From the IMG/VR virus record IMGVR_UViG_3300045988_007631: a stretch of 36,893 nucleotides of DNA; one strand, written 5' to 3'. Positions 13,406 through 22,908 of this stretch are shown piece after piece. The notes beneath the pieces were generated by a model that had not been told where the DNA came from, ran no database searches, and saw nothing but the letters and a program-made list of their open reading frames with translations. Positions within the stretch are counted from its first letter, which is position 1. Each line of letters opens with the position of its first letter. A program made the position numbers and the translations under genes. Origin of the DNA: a virus.

Positions 13406-14173
13406 ATGGTAAAGAGACACAAGCGCCGGAAGTTTTCCGGGAGGGTCTGCGAGCAGATCGTGTACACGGTGGCGGGCGGCACGGATCCGAAGACCAGCCG
13501 GCCGAAGAAGCCGCGGTTCCAGACGCGGGAAGAGCAGGACGAATTCAACCGGAAAATCTCCGAGGGGAAGCTGGAAGCGCTCGTCAATGCCAACTTCGGC
13601 CCGACCAGCCTGTATTCCACGCTGACACTCGACGCCGAGAACGAGGTACATACTGCTGCCGAAATGCGGCAGATTCGGAACAGATTCTATCGCCGCCTAC
13701 TATATAAATACCCAAACGCCAAGATCGTGATTGTCTACGGGCAGGGCAAGTCGACAAGCCGGTTCCATCTGCACATGATCTCGGACGGCATTCCGGAGGA
13801 TGAGATCGGCAGGATCTGGGGCCTCGGCAGCGTGATCGAGGTTCGGCATTTGCGGGAACACAACTATTACATGGACGAAAATGGAAACAAAGTCGACCAC
13901 GGCCGGGATTATAAGGCGCTGGCCGACTACCTGCACGGCCACTGGAAAAAGGAATTCGGAGGGCACCGGTACAAGGCCAGCCGCAGCTGCGTCCGGCCGG
14001 AGCCGGAACCTGCGACCAAGGCCGTGCGCGAGTACAGCCCCAAGCATCCGCCCGTCGCCCCGCGAGGTTATATCCTCGTCGAAGCCCGGACGACGAAGTA
14101 CGGGTATCAATATTATAAGTATGTAGTCGACCCAAGATCAGAGCACAAGCGGAACGGGAGCCGCTTAAATTAA
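13406..14173 (+). CDS. HUH-type rolling-circle replication initiator-like protein
   Basis: 255 aa. Motif order LYSTLTLD (FxTLT-like), RFHLHMISD (HUH), DYKALADYLHGHWKK (Tyr motif). Confidence 0.55.
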   Translation: MVKRHKRRKFSGRVCEQIVYTVAGGTDPKTSRPKKPRFQTREEQDEFNRKISEGKLEALVNANFGPTSLYSTLTLDAENEVHTAAEMRQIRNRFYRRLLYKYPNAKIVIVYGQGKSTSRFHLHMISDGIPEDEIGRIWGLGSVIEVRHLREHNYYMDENGNKVDHGRDYKALADYLHGHWKKEFGGHRYKASRSCVRPEPEPATKAVREYSPKHPPVAPRGYILVEARTTKYGYQYYKYVVDPRSEHKRNGSRLN

Positions 14174-14223
14174 GCCTTGTATATGCGTAAGGTTTTAGCA
14201 CGAAGCAGGAAGGAAGTGGGAAA

Positions 14224-14634
14224 GTGTCAAAGACGAGATATTGGTGGTATTGGAACGTCTGCCGCACCATCGGCGAATTCCCGAAACTGGACAGACAGGT
14301 TCGGGACATGAGCCGTCAGAAGATCACGCCGGGATATTCTGCACAGCCGGGCGGACATTCCTCCGGGCGCGCCGTCGAGGATGTCGCTGTGCGCGTTTTA
14401 TCTTCGCGGGAGTACGAGGACTATGCTGCCGTGCAAGCCGCGATCAATACCGCACAGACATGGCGGGACGGAGCTGACGTGCTGGAGGTCGTGCGCCTGC
14501 ACGCATGGATCTGGCCGAGGGAAAGCCTGGAATCCGCCGCGCGCCGGGTGCATGTCAGCCAGTCGACAGCCAAGCGTATGTACAGCCGTTTTGTATACGA
14601 AGCGGCGCGGGAGCTTGGCTATCGCAAAAATTGA
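14224..14634 (+). CDS. Putative late-gene transcriptional activator (sigma-70 region-4-like HTH)
   Basis: 136 aa, GTG start. C-terminal LESAARRVHVSQSTAKRMYSRFVYEAAREL. Lies immediately upstream of HNH/terminase, as RinA/ArpU-type regulators do. Confidence 0.45.
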   Translation: MSKTRYWWYWNVCRTIGEFPKLDRQVRDMSRQKITPGYSAQPGGHSSGRAVEDVAVRVLSSREYEDYAAVQAAINTAQTWRDGADVLEVVRLHAWIWPRESLESAARRVHVSQSTAKRMYSRFVYEAARELGYRKN

Positions 14635-14692
14635 GCCAACAGGGCCAAGAAAATGTGCTACAGTGATAGCGTGAAGAATTGGAGGGAACAGG

Positions 14693-15025
14693 ATGCAGCC
14701 ATGGGCCGCACGCTTTTACGCATCCGCGCGCTGGAAGAAATGCCGCGCCGGGTATATCAAGTTCCGCAGGACCATCGACGGCGGGCTCTGCGAAGAGTGC
14801 CGGGACAAGCCGGGCTACATCGTCCACCACAAGCGGGCGCTAACACCGGACAACATCACCGACCCGGACATCAGCCTGTCCTACTCCAACCTCGAGTTCG
14901 TCTGCAAGGACTGCCACGATCAGTTTGACGGGCACGGCGTCGCAAAATCTCTGACGCAAAAAATTTTCTTCGACGCCGCCGGCGACCCGATCCCCCCCGT
15001 CGCGCGAGGCCGGGGCGCCGGCTAG
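14693..15025 (+). CDS. HNH endonuclease (terminase-associated type)
   Basis: 110 aa. CEEC..YIVHHKRAL..N..N.LEFVCKDCHD. Confidence 0.8.
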   Translation: MQPWAARFYASARWKKCRAGYIKFRRTIDGGLCEECRDKPGYIVHHKRALTPDNITDPDISLSYSNLEFVCKDCHDQFDGHGVAKSLTQKIFFDAAGDPIPPVARGRGAG

Positions 15026-15156
15026 ATCACCGCACGCCCTACCTCGGAAGAATACGCAGGCCGTTCGCGAGGCCCCCCTACAAAAGTGCGGCGATAAGTA
15101 ATCTACGCGCACGCGCGGACAGACGGCAAAAATCACGCGAAAAGGAGGCGTTTTCT
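15026..15156. promoter_or_regulatory. Candidate cos/packaging-initiation region
   Basis: Positional only: 131-nt gap between HNH and TerS. Contains a CGCGCACGCGCG-type GC repeat. Confidence 0.25.
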
Positions 15157-15537
15157 GTGGCGAATCAGCGTGAAAAGACCAAAGAACAGCGGATCCGCGC
15201 GGAGAAAGCGCGCCTGAAAAAGCTTTACCGGAATCTGCCGAAGGAAGCGGCCGGGACCGTCGCGGGTCTCATCGATCAGGCTGCCTTTATGCGCATCGAG
15301 TGCGAGGACATGGCGGACGACCTGCGGGAAAACGGCTGGACGGAGAAATTCCAGCAGTCGGAGCGGCTCGAGCCATATGACCGCGCCCGGCCCATCGGGC
15401 AGGCGTACAACTCCACGAACGCGAACTACCAGAAGATCATCAAGCAGCTCACGACGCTCCTGCCGAAGCCGGACACCGCGCAGAAGCAGGAGGACGACGG
15501 ATTTGCAAGCTTTGTCCGGGAGCGTGACGAGGAATGA
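15157..15537 (+). CDS. terS: Terminase small subunit
   Basis: 126 aa, GTG start after AAGGAGG. Position before TerL. LIDQAAFMRIECEDMADDLRENG..NANYQKIIKQL resembles P27/Terminase_4-type small subunits. Confidence 0.65.
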   Translation: MANQREKTKEQRIRAEKARLKKLYRNLPKEAAGTVAGLIDQAAFMRIECEDMADDLRENGWTEKFQQSERLEPYDRARPIGQAYNSTNANYQKIIKQLTTLLPKPDTAQKQEDDGFASFVRERDEE

Positions 15538-17291
15538 AGCTCACGCGCTACCCGGAGACCTACAACCCCATCCTCGAGTATTGGGACGCGATCCAGTCTG
15601 GCCGCGAGACTGTCAGCCTGAAAGTGCAGAAGACCTACCAGCACGTGGTGGAGCAGCTGGAAAACACAGATTCCGAGTTTTACTACTCGCCGCGCCGCGC
15701 CAACCACGTCCTCGAATTTTTTGAAAACTACTGCCACCACTCCAAGGGCAAAGCGGGCGGACAGCTCGTCCGGCTGGAGCTATGGGAAAAAGCGCTGCTG
15801 GCGACTGTCTTCGGGTTTATCGACATCGAGGGGAACCGGCAGTACCGCGAAGCCGGCCTCATCGTCGGCAAGAAGAACGGCAAATCGCTGCTGGCATCCG
15901 GCGTCGGCCTATATCTCCAGCTTGCTGACGGCGAGGCTGGCCCAGAGGTTTACGCCGTGGCCACCAAGCGAGACCAGGCGAAGATCATCTGGCAGGAAGC
16001 AAAGCGGATGGTCAAGAAGTCCCCGGCGCTCTGCCGCCGGATGCGCAGTCTGGTCGCTGAGCTGGACAGCGATTTTAACGACGGCGTTTTCAAGCCGCTG
16101 GCCTCTGACAGCGACACCCTCGACGGCCTCAACATCCACGGGGCCATGATGGATGAGATCCACCAGTGGAAGAGCGGGCGCGCCCTGTATGATATCATCG
16201 CAGACGGCGTGACGGCCCGTGAGCAGCCGCTGATCTTTATCACTTCCACCGCGGGCACCATCCGCGAGGACATCTACGACGAAAAATACGAAGAAGCCGA
16301 GCGCATCATAAACGGCTATGAAGATCCGGACGGGTACCACGACCCGCGCCGGATCGCGTTTATTTACGAGCTCGACAAGCGCAGCGAGTGGACCGACCCG
16401 GACTGCTGGAAAAAGGCAAATCCGGGCCTCGGGACGATCAAGAGCTACACGGCGCTGAAAGAGCGGGTCGAGCGGGCGGAGAAAAACCCGGCCCTCGTCC
16501 GAAACCTCGTCTGCAAGGATTTCAACATCCGCGAAACGTCCTCCGAAGCCTGGCTCAATTTTGAGCAGCTGGACAATCGCGACACCTTCCAGCTCGACAA
16601 GGAAAACCGCCGCCTGATCTGGCAGCACCACATGCCGGACGGCAAGACGCAGGAGCGCGTGCTTTCCTACCCGCGATACGGCATCGGCGGCGCGGACCTC
16701 TCCAAGACCACCGACCTGACGGCGGCAAAGGTGCTGTTCCAGGTGCCAGAGCTGCCGGAGATTCTGTTTGTGCTGCAGATGTACTGGCTGCCGCAGGATC
16801 TCTTGGAAAAGCGCGTCACGGAGGACAAAATCCCATACGACAAGTGGAATGAGCGCGGGCTGCTCAGATTGTCAGAGGGAAACAAGATCCGCTATGAGGA
16901 CGTCAAAGCATGGTTTGTCGAGGTGCAGGAAGACCTCGATATTTTTATACCCTTTATCGGCTATGATGCGTGGTCGGCGTCTTACTGGACGGACAGCATG
17001 TCGGACTACTTTGGAGCAGAGGCCATGATCCCCGTGCATCAGGGCGTGAAAACGCTTTCCGAGCCGATGAAGCGATGCGGTAACGATCTGGAATCCAAGC
17101 GGATCGTCTACAACAACAACCCGATTGATAAGTGGTGCATGGCAAACACCGCCTACGACGAGGACAAAAACGGCAATATCCAGCCGCATAAAACGAGCAA
17201 GTCCACGCGCCGCATCGACGGCACGGCGGCCCTGCTAGACGCCTACACGATCTACGATCAGAAGCAGGCAGAATACACCAGTATGCTCTAG
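15534..17291 (+). CDS. terL: Terminase large subunit (Terminase_1-like)
   Basis: 585 aa. LELWEKALLATVFGF..REAGLIVGKKNGKSLL..GPEVYAVATKRDQAKI pattern. ATGA coupling to terS. Confidence 0.9.
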   Translation: MKLTRYPETYNPILEYWDAIQSGRETVSLKVQKTYQHVVEQLENTDSEFYYSPRRANHVLEFFENYCHHSKGKAGGQLVRLELWEKALLATVFGFIDIEGNRQYREAGLIVGKKNGKSLLASGVGLYLQLADGEAGPEVYAVATKRDQAKIIWQEAKRMVKKSPALCRRMRSLVAELDSDFNDGVFKPLASDSDTLDGLNIHGAMMDEIHQWKSGRALYDIIADGVTAREQPLIFITSTAGTIREDIYDEKYEEAERIINGYEDPDGYHDPRRIAFIYELDKRSEWTDPDCWKKANPGLGTIKSYTALKERVERAEKNPALVRNLVCKDFNIRETSSEAWLNFEQLDNRDTFQLDKENRRLIWQHHMPDGKTQERVLSYPRYGIGGADLSKTTDLTAAKVLFQVPELPEILFVLQMYWLPQDLLEKRVTEDKIPYDKWNERGLLRLSEGNKIRYEDVKAWFVEVQEDLDIFIPFIGYDAWSASYWTDSMSDYFGAEAMIPVHQGVKTLSEPMKRCGNDLESKRIVYNNNPIDKWCMANTAYDEDKNGNIQPHKTSKSTRRIDGTAALLDAYTIYDQKQAEYTSML

Positions 17292-17301
17292 GAGTGAGAC
17301 A

Positions 17302-18495
17302 ATGGGATTTTTTAAAAACCTCCTGACGAATATCACGACCACCAAGCGCGTCTCGACCGTCCAGATGGTGCAGGAGCGCGGGAACGGCTTTTACAGCTAC
17401 AACGGCAAAATGTATCAGTCCGATATCGTCCGCGCCTGCATCCGACCCAAGATCAAGGCCATCGGCAAACTGACGGCCAAGCACATCCGGGAGACCATCA
17501 CCGCCCAGACGCGGAAGATCGCTGTAAACCCGGAGCCGTATATCCGGTTCCTGCTCGAGGAACCGAACCAGTACATGACAGGCCAGCTGCTGCAGGAGAA
17601 GCTGGCCGCGCAGCTGGTCCTCAACAACAACGCCTTCGCCGTGATCCTGCGGGATGAAAACGGTCTGCCAAACGCCATTTTCCCGGTCGCGGCCATGCAG
17701 GCCGACGCCGTTTACGACGCAGGCGGGAATCTGTACATGAAATTTTACATGCAGAACGGCAACGTCCTGACATTTGCCTACGACGATGTGATCCACCTGC
17801 GTGGGGATTTTTACGAAAACGACATCTTCGGCGACCCCATTGCTCCGGCCATTGTGCCGCTGATGGAGATTGTCACCACGACAGATCAGGGCATTGTAAA
17901 GGCCATCCGAAACAGCGCCGTGATTCGCTGGTTGCTGATGTTCGCCGCGTCCATGCGCCCGGAGGACGTGAAGCAGCGCGCGCAGGACTTCGCGGACAGT
18001 TTCCTGAACGTGACTAACGGCACGGGCGTCGCGGCCGTCGACGCAAAGGCCGAGGCCAAGCAGATCGACCCCAAGGACTACGTCCCGAACGCCGCCCAGA
18101 TGGATAAGACCACGCAGCGCATCTATGCCCTGTTCAATACCAACCCGCACATCGTCACATCCATTGCGACGGAGGATGAGCAGAACGCCTATTTTGACGC
18201 CGAGATCGAGCCGGTGCTGAAGCAGCTCAGCGGCGAGTACACCCGGAAGCTATTCTCCCGCCGCGAACGCGGCTGCGGCAACCGCATCGTCTTTGAGGCG
18301 TCCGCGTGGGACTTCGCCTCGACCTCGACCAAGCTCAACCTCCTGCAGATGGTCGACCGCGGCGCGCTGACGCCGAATGAATGGCGGCGTGCGTTCAATC
18401 TTGCACCGGTCGACGGCGGAGACAAGCCAATCCGCAGGCTGGACACGCAGCCGGTCGACCGGAACACCACGCAGAAAGGAGATGAAACCACATGA
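17302..18495 (+). CDS. Portal protein (HK97-family-like)
   Basis: 397 aa. Position after TerL, with size and sequence pattern typical of this family. Confidence 0.85.
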   Translation: MGFFKNLLTNITTTKRVSTVQMVQERGNGFYSYNGKMYQSDIVRACIRPKIKAIGKLTAKHIRETITAQTRKIAVNPEPYIRFLLEEPNQYMTGQLLQEKLAAQLVLNNNAFAVILRDENGLPNAIFPVAAMQADAVYDAGGNLYMKFYMQNGNVLTFAYDDVIHLRGDFYENDIFGDPIAPAIVPLMEIVTTTDQGIVKAIRNSAVIRWLLMFAASMRPEDVKQRAQDFADSFLNVTNGTGVAAVDAKAEAKQIDPKDYVPNAAQMDKTTQRIYALFNTNPHIVTSIATEDEQNAYFDAEIEPVLKQLSGEYTRKLFSRRERGCGNRIVFEASAWDFASTSTKLNLLQMVDRGALTPNEWRRAFNLAPVDGGDKPIRRLDTQPVDRNTTQKGDETT

Positions 18496-19187
18496 AGATC
18501 AGCATTCGCGGACCAATCGTATCCAGCAATCAGCACCGCTTTTACCAGTGGTACGGCATGGAGGCGACAAGCCCTAAATCCGTAGCCGACGCACTTGCCA
18601 AGGGCAACGGCGAGCGGGCGGAGGTCGAGATCAATTCCGGCGGCGGCGAGATCTTCGCCGCGAGCGAGATCTATACCGCCCTGCGCAGCTACGCAGGCGG
18701 CGTCCACATCCGCATCGTAGGCCTTGCGGCTTCGGCCGCGTCCATCATCGCCATGGCGGGAGAATCAGAAATGACGCCGACCGGCATGATGATGATCCAC
18801 AACGTGCAGACTGAGGCCAGCGGAGACTACCGCCAGATGGAGCACACCGCCGGGACGTTGCGCGACGCAAATCACGCGATATCCTCGGCCTACGTCGCCA
18901 AAACCGGCAGGCCGGAGGCGGAGATCGCCGCCATGATGGACGCAGAAACATGGATCACAGCGGAGCGGGCCGTAGAACTCGGACTCGTCGACCGCGTGAT
19001 GCAGCCGGATACCGGCCAGAAGCCGATGGCAGCGGATTTTTATTCCGGCATGCTCAGCGAAGACGCGCTCCGGCGCGCGGAAAACTTTTTAAAAGGTCAG
19101 GCCGCAGAGCCTGATTTTTTTATGCCAGAACGGGCGCAGGCAGAAGCAAAACTGAAATTTTTAAAACTCAAAGGAGAATTGAAATGA
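18492..19187 (+). CDS. ClpP-like head maturation protease
   Basis: 231 aa. INSGGGEIFA..GLAASAASIIAMAG..MMMIHN (Ser/His of the S14 family). Confidence 0.85.
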   Translation: MKISIRGPIVSSNQHRFYQWYGMEATSPKSVADALAKGNGERAEVEINSGGGEIFAASEIYTALRSYAGGVHIRIVGLAASAASIIAMAGESEMTPTGMMMIHNVQTEASGDYRQMEHTAGTLRDANHAISSAYVAKTGRPEAEIAAMMDAETWITAERAVELGLVDRVMQPDTGQKPMAADFYSGMLSEDALRRAENFLKGQAAEPDFFMPERAQAEAKLKFLKLKGELK

Positions 19188-20392
19188 CAAAGGAATTTTA
19201 CAACATCCAGCGCCAGAAGCTCATGGACGACGCCCAGAAGCTGCTGGACGAAGGCAAGACCGCAGAGGCGCAGGCCAAGATGAAGGAAGTCGAAGCCCTC
19301 GACGCCAAGTTTGAGGAGGAAGCCAAGATCCAGGCGAACCTCAACGCGCTTGCAGGCCAGAAGGTTGCGGCCCCGGCTGCGGCAGCGCAGTCCGTCGACC
19401 TGTCCGGCGGCGCCAAGACCCCGGACGTGCTCGACCGGTACGACACCGACGAGTACAAGAAAGCCTTTATGAACTACGTCCTGACCGGCAAGAAGATCCC
19501 CGCGGAGCTGACCAACGCGGACGCGAACACCAAGACCTCCGACGTCGGCAGCGTCATCCCGACCACGACCATCCAGAAGATCTACGAGAAGATGGAAGCC
19601 ATCGGCATGATCCTGCCGCGCGTAACACACACGTCCTACGCGGGCGGCGTCCAGGTCCCGACCAGCTCGGCCAAGCCGACGGCCTCCTGGGTCGCCGAGG
19701 GCGAGGGCTCTGACAAGCAGAAGACTTCGACCGGCAAGATCGTCTTTGCGTACCACAAGCTGCGCTGCGCGATCTCCATGTCGCTGGAAGTTTCTATCAT
19801 GGCATACCCGATGTTCGAGGCACAGTTTGTCCGGAACGTCGCAAATGCGATGGTAAAGGCGAAGGAGCAGGCCATCATAAACGGCACCGGTTCCGGCCAG
19901 CCGAAGGGAATCCTTGCGGAGACCGCCCCGACCGGCCAGAACATCAACATTGCCGCCGCGACAACTGCTCTGACCTACAAGGATCTGTGCAAGGCCGAAG
20001 CTGCGCTGCCGCAGGCATATGACGGCGCGGTCTGGTTCATGTCCAAGAAGACCTTCGAGACGCAGATCGTCGGCATGGTCGACAACAACGGCCAGCCCGT
20101 CGCGCGCGTCAACTACGGCATCAACGGCAAGCCCGTCAACTACATCCTCGGCCGAGAGGTCATCCTGACCGGCGACTACCTGCCGGCCTTTGCGGAGTCG
20201 GTCACGGCCGACACCGTCTTCGCATTTATGTTCGATCCGGCGTACTACCTCTGGAACGAGAACATGGGCATGACGGTAAAGCGCTACACCGACGAGGACA
20301 CCGACGACGAGGTCACAAAGGCCATCGAGATCGCCGACGGCGCGTGCGCCGACGTCAACAGCCTCGTCACGCTGACCAAGAAGAAGGCCTGA
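19184..20392 (+). CDS. Major capsid protein (HK97-like, with N-terminal coiled-coil delta region)
   Basis: 402 aa, directly after the protease. Lys/Glu-rich N-terminal helix followed by a capsid-like body. Confidence 0.85.
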   Translation: MTKEFYNIQRQKLMDDAQKLLDEGKTAEAQAKMKEVEALDAKFEEEAKIQANLNALAGQKVAAPAAAAQSVDLSGGAKTPDVLDRYDTDEYKKAFMNYVLTGKKIPAELTNADANTKTSDVGSVIPTTTIQKIYEKMEAIGMILPRVTHTSYAGGVQVPTSSAKPTASWVAEGEGSDKQKTSTGKIVFAYHKLRCAISMSLEVSIMAYPMFEAQFVRNVANAMVKAKEQAIINGTGSGQPKGILAETAPTGQNINIAAATTALTYKDLCKAEAALPQAYDGAVWFMSKKTFETQIVGMVDNNGQPVARVNYGINGKPVNYILGREVILTGDYLPAFAESVTADTVFAFMFDPAYYLWNENMGMTVKRYTDEDTDDEVTKAIEIADGACADVNSLVTLTKKKA

Positions 20393-20422
20393 CGGCGCGC
20401 GGCCAACAGGGAGGGATAACCA

Positions 20423-20728
20423 ATGGCTTTGATCAACGTTGCAAAAACCGCCCTGCGGCTGACAACAAACGCCCTTGACGACGAGCTCAAAGACGAGATC
20501 GACGCCTGCCTCATGCGCCTGCACCTTGCGGGCGCAGAGGGAGCGGACGAAGATCCGCTGGTAAAGGACGCCGTCCGCGCCTACGTCCGCTGGCAGCATG
20601 ATTTCTGCGGACGGGGCGAGGAATGGAAGACCTGCTTTGCAGATATCCGCGACGCCATGGGACTCTCGGACGATTACCGGGAAGTCCCGGCCAGCGGCGG
20701 AGCAGGAGGTGCTTGCTGTGATCTTTGA
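20423..20728 (+). CDS. Head-tail connector (gp6-like)
   Basis: 101 aa. Position, and LRLTTNALDDELKDEIDACLMRL pattern. Confidence 0.7.
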   Translation: MALINVAKTALRLTTNALDDELKDEIDACLMRLHLAGAEGADEDPLVKDAVRAYVRWQHDFCGRGEEWKTCFADIRDAMGLSDDYREVPASGGAGGACCDL

Positions 20729-21020
20729 CACGCAGATCACGCTGCGCCTGTTCTCCTACCCCATCGTAAACGGCCAGACGACGGAAAAGCTCGAGCGGGA
20801 GACCACCGTCTGGGCTGCACGCAAGTCCGTAAACCGTGCCGAGTATTATCAGGCCGCGCAAGCCGGCAAGCGCACGGACGCAATTTTCCGCATGCACAGC
20901 GCGGAATACGGCGGCGAGCAGCAGCTCGTCTGCGGCTCCGACGTCTTTGACGTCGTCCGCAGCTACGGGCAGGAAACAGAGGAAACCGAGCTGACCTGCA
21001 AGCGGAGGGACGGCGCATGA
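20718..21020 (+). CDS. Head closure / head-tail adaptor protein
   Basis: 100 aa from GTG 20718 (AGGAGG 8 nt upstream). The track start 20598 overlaps the connector gene. Confidence 0.65.
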   Translation: MIFDTQITLRLFSYPIVNGQTTEKLERETTVWAARKSVNRAEYYQAAQAGKRTDAIFRMHSAEYGGEQQLVCGSDVFDVVRSYGQETEETELTCKRRDGA

Positions 21021-21340
21021 TGATCTATGAGGCACTGGCAGACCTGGGCATTCCGGTCTGCCACCCGCCCTACAAGGGCGCGGAAGAAACCTACATCACC
21101 TATCAGCTGCTCGGCCAGTCCGGGCAGCTCTACGCCGAGGGCGGCGAGGCCGAGACCGGCGTGCAGTACGCCATTTCCATCTTCGCCGAGGGCTTTGCCG
21201 CCGGACTTTTGAAGCGCGCAAAAGCCGCGCTGGAGACAGCAGGCTACATCGTCACCGTCGACATGGAAATCTACGACAAGGAAACAGGCCGCACGCAGAT
21301 CGCGCTCATCGCCGAAACGGAGGGCGCGGAATATGGCTAG
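21017..21340 (+). CDS. Head-tail joining / tail-completion family protein (uncertain)
   Basis: 107 aa. Assigned mainly by position. Confidence 0.5.
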   Translation: MMIYEALADLGIPVCHPPYKGAEETYITYQLLGQSGQLYAEGGEAETGVQYAISIFAEGFAAGLLKRAKAALETAGYIVTVDMEIYDKETGRTQIALIAETEGAEYG

Positions 21341-21764
21341 GATCTCGTTTTCAGGCACGGATGAGCTCATAGCGACGCTCCAAAAGGCCAACGCATTTGA
21401 CGACGAAACGCAGCAGGAGCTTTTATACGCCGCCGGGGATATCATCGTCGAGGAGCTGCAAAATGCCGTCCGGGCGAGCGGGTTCCGAACGGAAGCCTAC
21501 GCCTCCAGCGTGAAATACCGAAAAACCATCAAGCAGGACAAAAACGGAGATCCGTATATCACTATCACGGCAGTCGGCAAAAACGAGCACGGAACGCGCA
21601 GAGCGACCGTGCTTTTTGTTTTGAATTACGGCCGCAGTGCGGAATACGGAAAAATCGACGGGACTTATTTCTGGACAAAGGGTGTCCGCAGCGCGCAGAA
21701 GCGCGTGAACGCGGAACTCGAAAAAATCCTCACACAAAAGCTGAAAGAAAGGGGCTTACTGTAA
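21333..21764 (+). CDS. HK97 gp10-like tail component
   Basis: 143 aa. Position and pattern (..ELQNAVRASG..). Confidence 0.6.
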   Translation: MARISFSGTDELIATLQKANAFDDETQQELLYAAGDIIVEELQNAVRASGFRTEAYASSVKYRKTIKQDKNGDPYITITAVGKNEHGTRRATVLFVLNYGRSAEYGKIDGTYFWTKGVRSAQKRVNAELEKILTQKLKERGLL

Positions 21765-22324
21765 TGCCTAGTTTTGACTTACGCGGCATCCGGGCGGGAA
21801 AGTATAAAAACACGTCCGGCACCGTGACCTACACAGAGCCGACCGACGTCGGCGACGCCATGAGCGCGCAGCTGGAACTCAAGTTCGCCGAGGGCCGCCT
21901 GTACGCAGAATCCAAGCTTGCCGAGTATATCAAGCTTGCCACCGGCGGCACGATCTCGCTGGCTGTCAAGTACATCAAAAGGGCCGCACAGGCGATGCTC
22001 TACGGCTGCACATCCGATACGAGCAAGGAAAATCTGAAATTCTCGGCAAAAGACATCGCAAACTATGTCGGCGTCGGCTTTTACGCGCCGGATAAGATCG
22101 ACGGAGTGACCAAATACACCTGCGTCTGGGTGCCGAAAGCGCTGTTCGGTCCGCCCTCGCTGTCCTACCAGACCAAGGGCGAGAACATCCAGTTCAACAC
22201 GCCGACCACGACCGGCGAATTCCTCGCAGACGATTCGACCGACGAGCTGCTGCTCGAGACAGAGAGCGTCGACACCGCGGCGGAGGCCGTTGCCTGGATC
22301 AAGGGAAAGCTGGGTGAGACCTGA
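21764..22324 (+). CDS. Major tail protein
   Basis: 186 aa, immediately before the chaperone/tape-measure pair. Confidence 0.75.
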   Translation: MPSFDLRGIRAGKYKNTSGTVTYTEPTDVGDAMSAQLELKFAEGRLYAESKLAEYIKLATGGTISLAVKYIKRAAQAMLYGCTSDTSKENLKFSAKDIANYVGVGFYAPDKIDGVTKYTCVWVPKALFGPPSLSYQTKGENIQFNTPTTTGEFLADDSTDELLLETESVDTAAEAVAWIKGKLGET

Positions 22325-22695
22325 TGGAAACAACCAAGCTGAAAACCGTCGACTACGAATTCGAGGGCCGGAAGTACCGCCTCGAGTGCAACATGAACGT
22401 CATTGCCTACGTGCAGGACGAGTATGACGGGAACCTTCTTCAGGCGCTCGACCGGGTCCGCGGGATCAAAAGTACGCTGGCGTTTCTCGCCGGTATGCTG
22501 ACGGACGCAGCGGATTCACAGGGGATCACCGATGAGAACGGACTGCCGCTGGTATTTACGCGGAAGCAGCTGGGCCGAAAGCTCACGCTCACGCAGACTG
22601 TAGAGGCCGGAAAGCTGATCTATCCGCTGGTCCGGGCCGAAGTATTGAAGAATGCGGGGGCCGAAACGAAACCGCAGGAAAACGAAAAAAACTGA
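22324..22695 (+). CDS. Tail assembly chaperone (G-like, zero-frame product)
   Basis: 123 aa. Ends in slippery GAA AAA AAC TGA. Confidence 0.75.
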   Translation: METTKLKTVDYEFEGRKYRLECNMNVIAYVQDEYDGNLLQALDRVRGIKSTLAFLAGMLTDAADSQGITDENGLPLVFTRKQLGRKLTLTQTVEAGKLIYPLVRAEVLKNAGAETKPQENEKN

Positions 22696-22907
22696 CACAG
22701 CCGGGGGAACCAAAGCAGCTGGGCTTTGATTTCCCCGGCTATCTCGCAATCTGGCTTTTCCGGCTGCATCTGCCGGAGCGGGATTTCTGGAAAACCATGT
22801 CCCCGCGCCGCATAACGCTCCTGCTTGACGCGCTTGCGCCGCAAAAGCAGCCGGAGCAGCAGGAACAGCCGCAGAGCCTGTCGGCCTATCTGAACGGAGG
22901 CACCTAA
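22324..22907 (+). CDS. Tail assembly chaperone GT-like fusion made by -1 frameshift at 22686-22692
   Basis: The -1 frame is open from 22686 to TAA 22905-22907. It encodes KKLTQPGEPKQLGFDFPGYLAIWLFRLHLPERDFWKTMSPRRITLLLDALAPQKQPEQQEQPQSLSAYLNGGT and ends 1 nt before the tape measure ATG. Confidence 0.6.
22686..22692 (+). promoter_or_regulatory. Slippery heptamer A_AAA_AAC for programmed -1 frameshifting
   Basis: Zero-frame codons are GAA AAA AAC followed by TGA. Confidence 0.6.
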
Positions 22908-22908
22908 C

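Noticed and set aside
16954-18150. 398-aa minus-strand ORF; similar cases at 23557..24684, 25906..26574, 27038..28063, 15909..16631 and 32781..33563
   Set aside because: All are antisense to terminase, portal, tape measure, tail or endolysin genes that have clear family motifs. Composition is Arg/Gly/His-rich and they lack start context.
19097-20740. 547-aa minus-strand ORF, the longest ORF on that strand
   Set aside because: It lies antisense to the well-supported capsid and connector genes. It has low-complexity Arg/Gly/Val/Asp-rich composition and no RBS. Long open antisense frames are expected in high-GC coding DNA.
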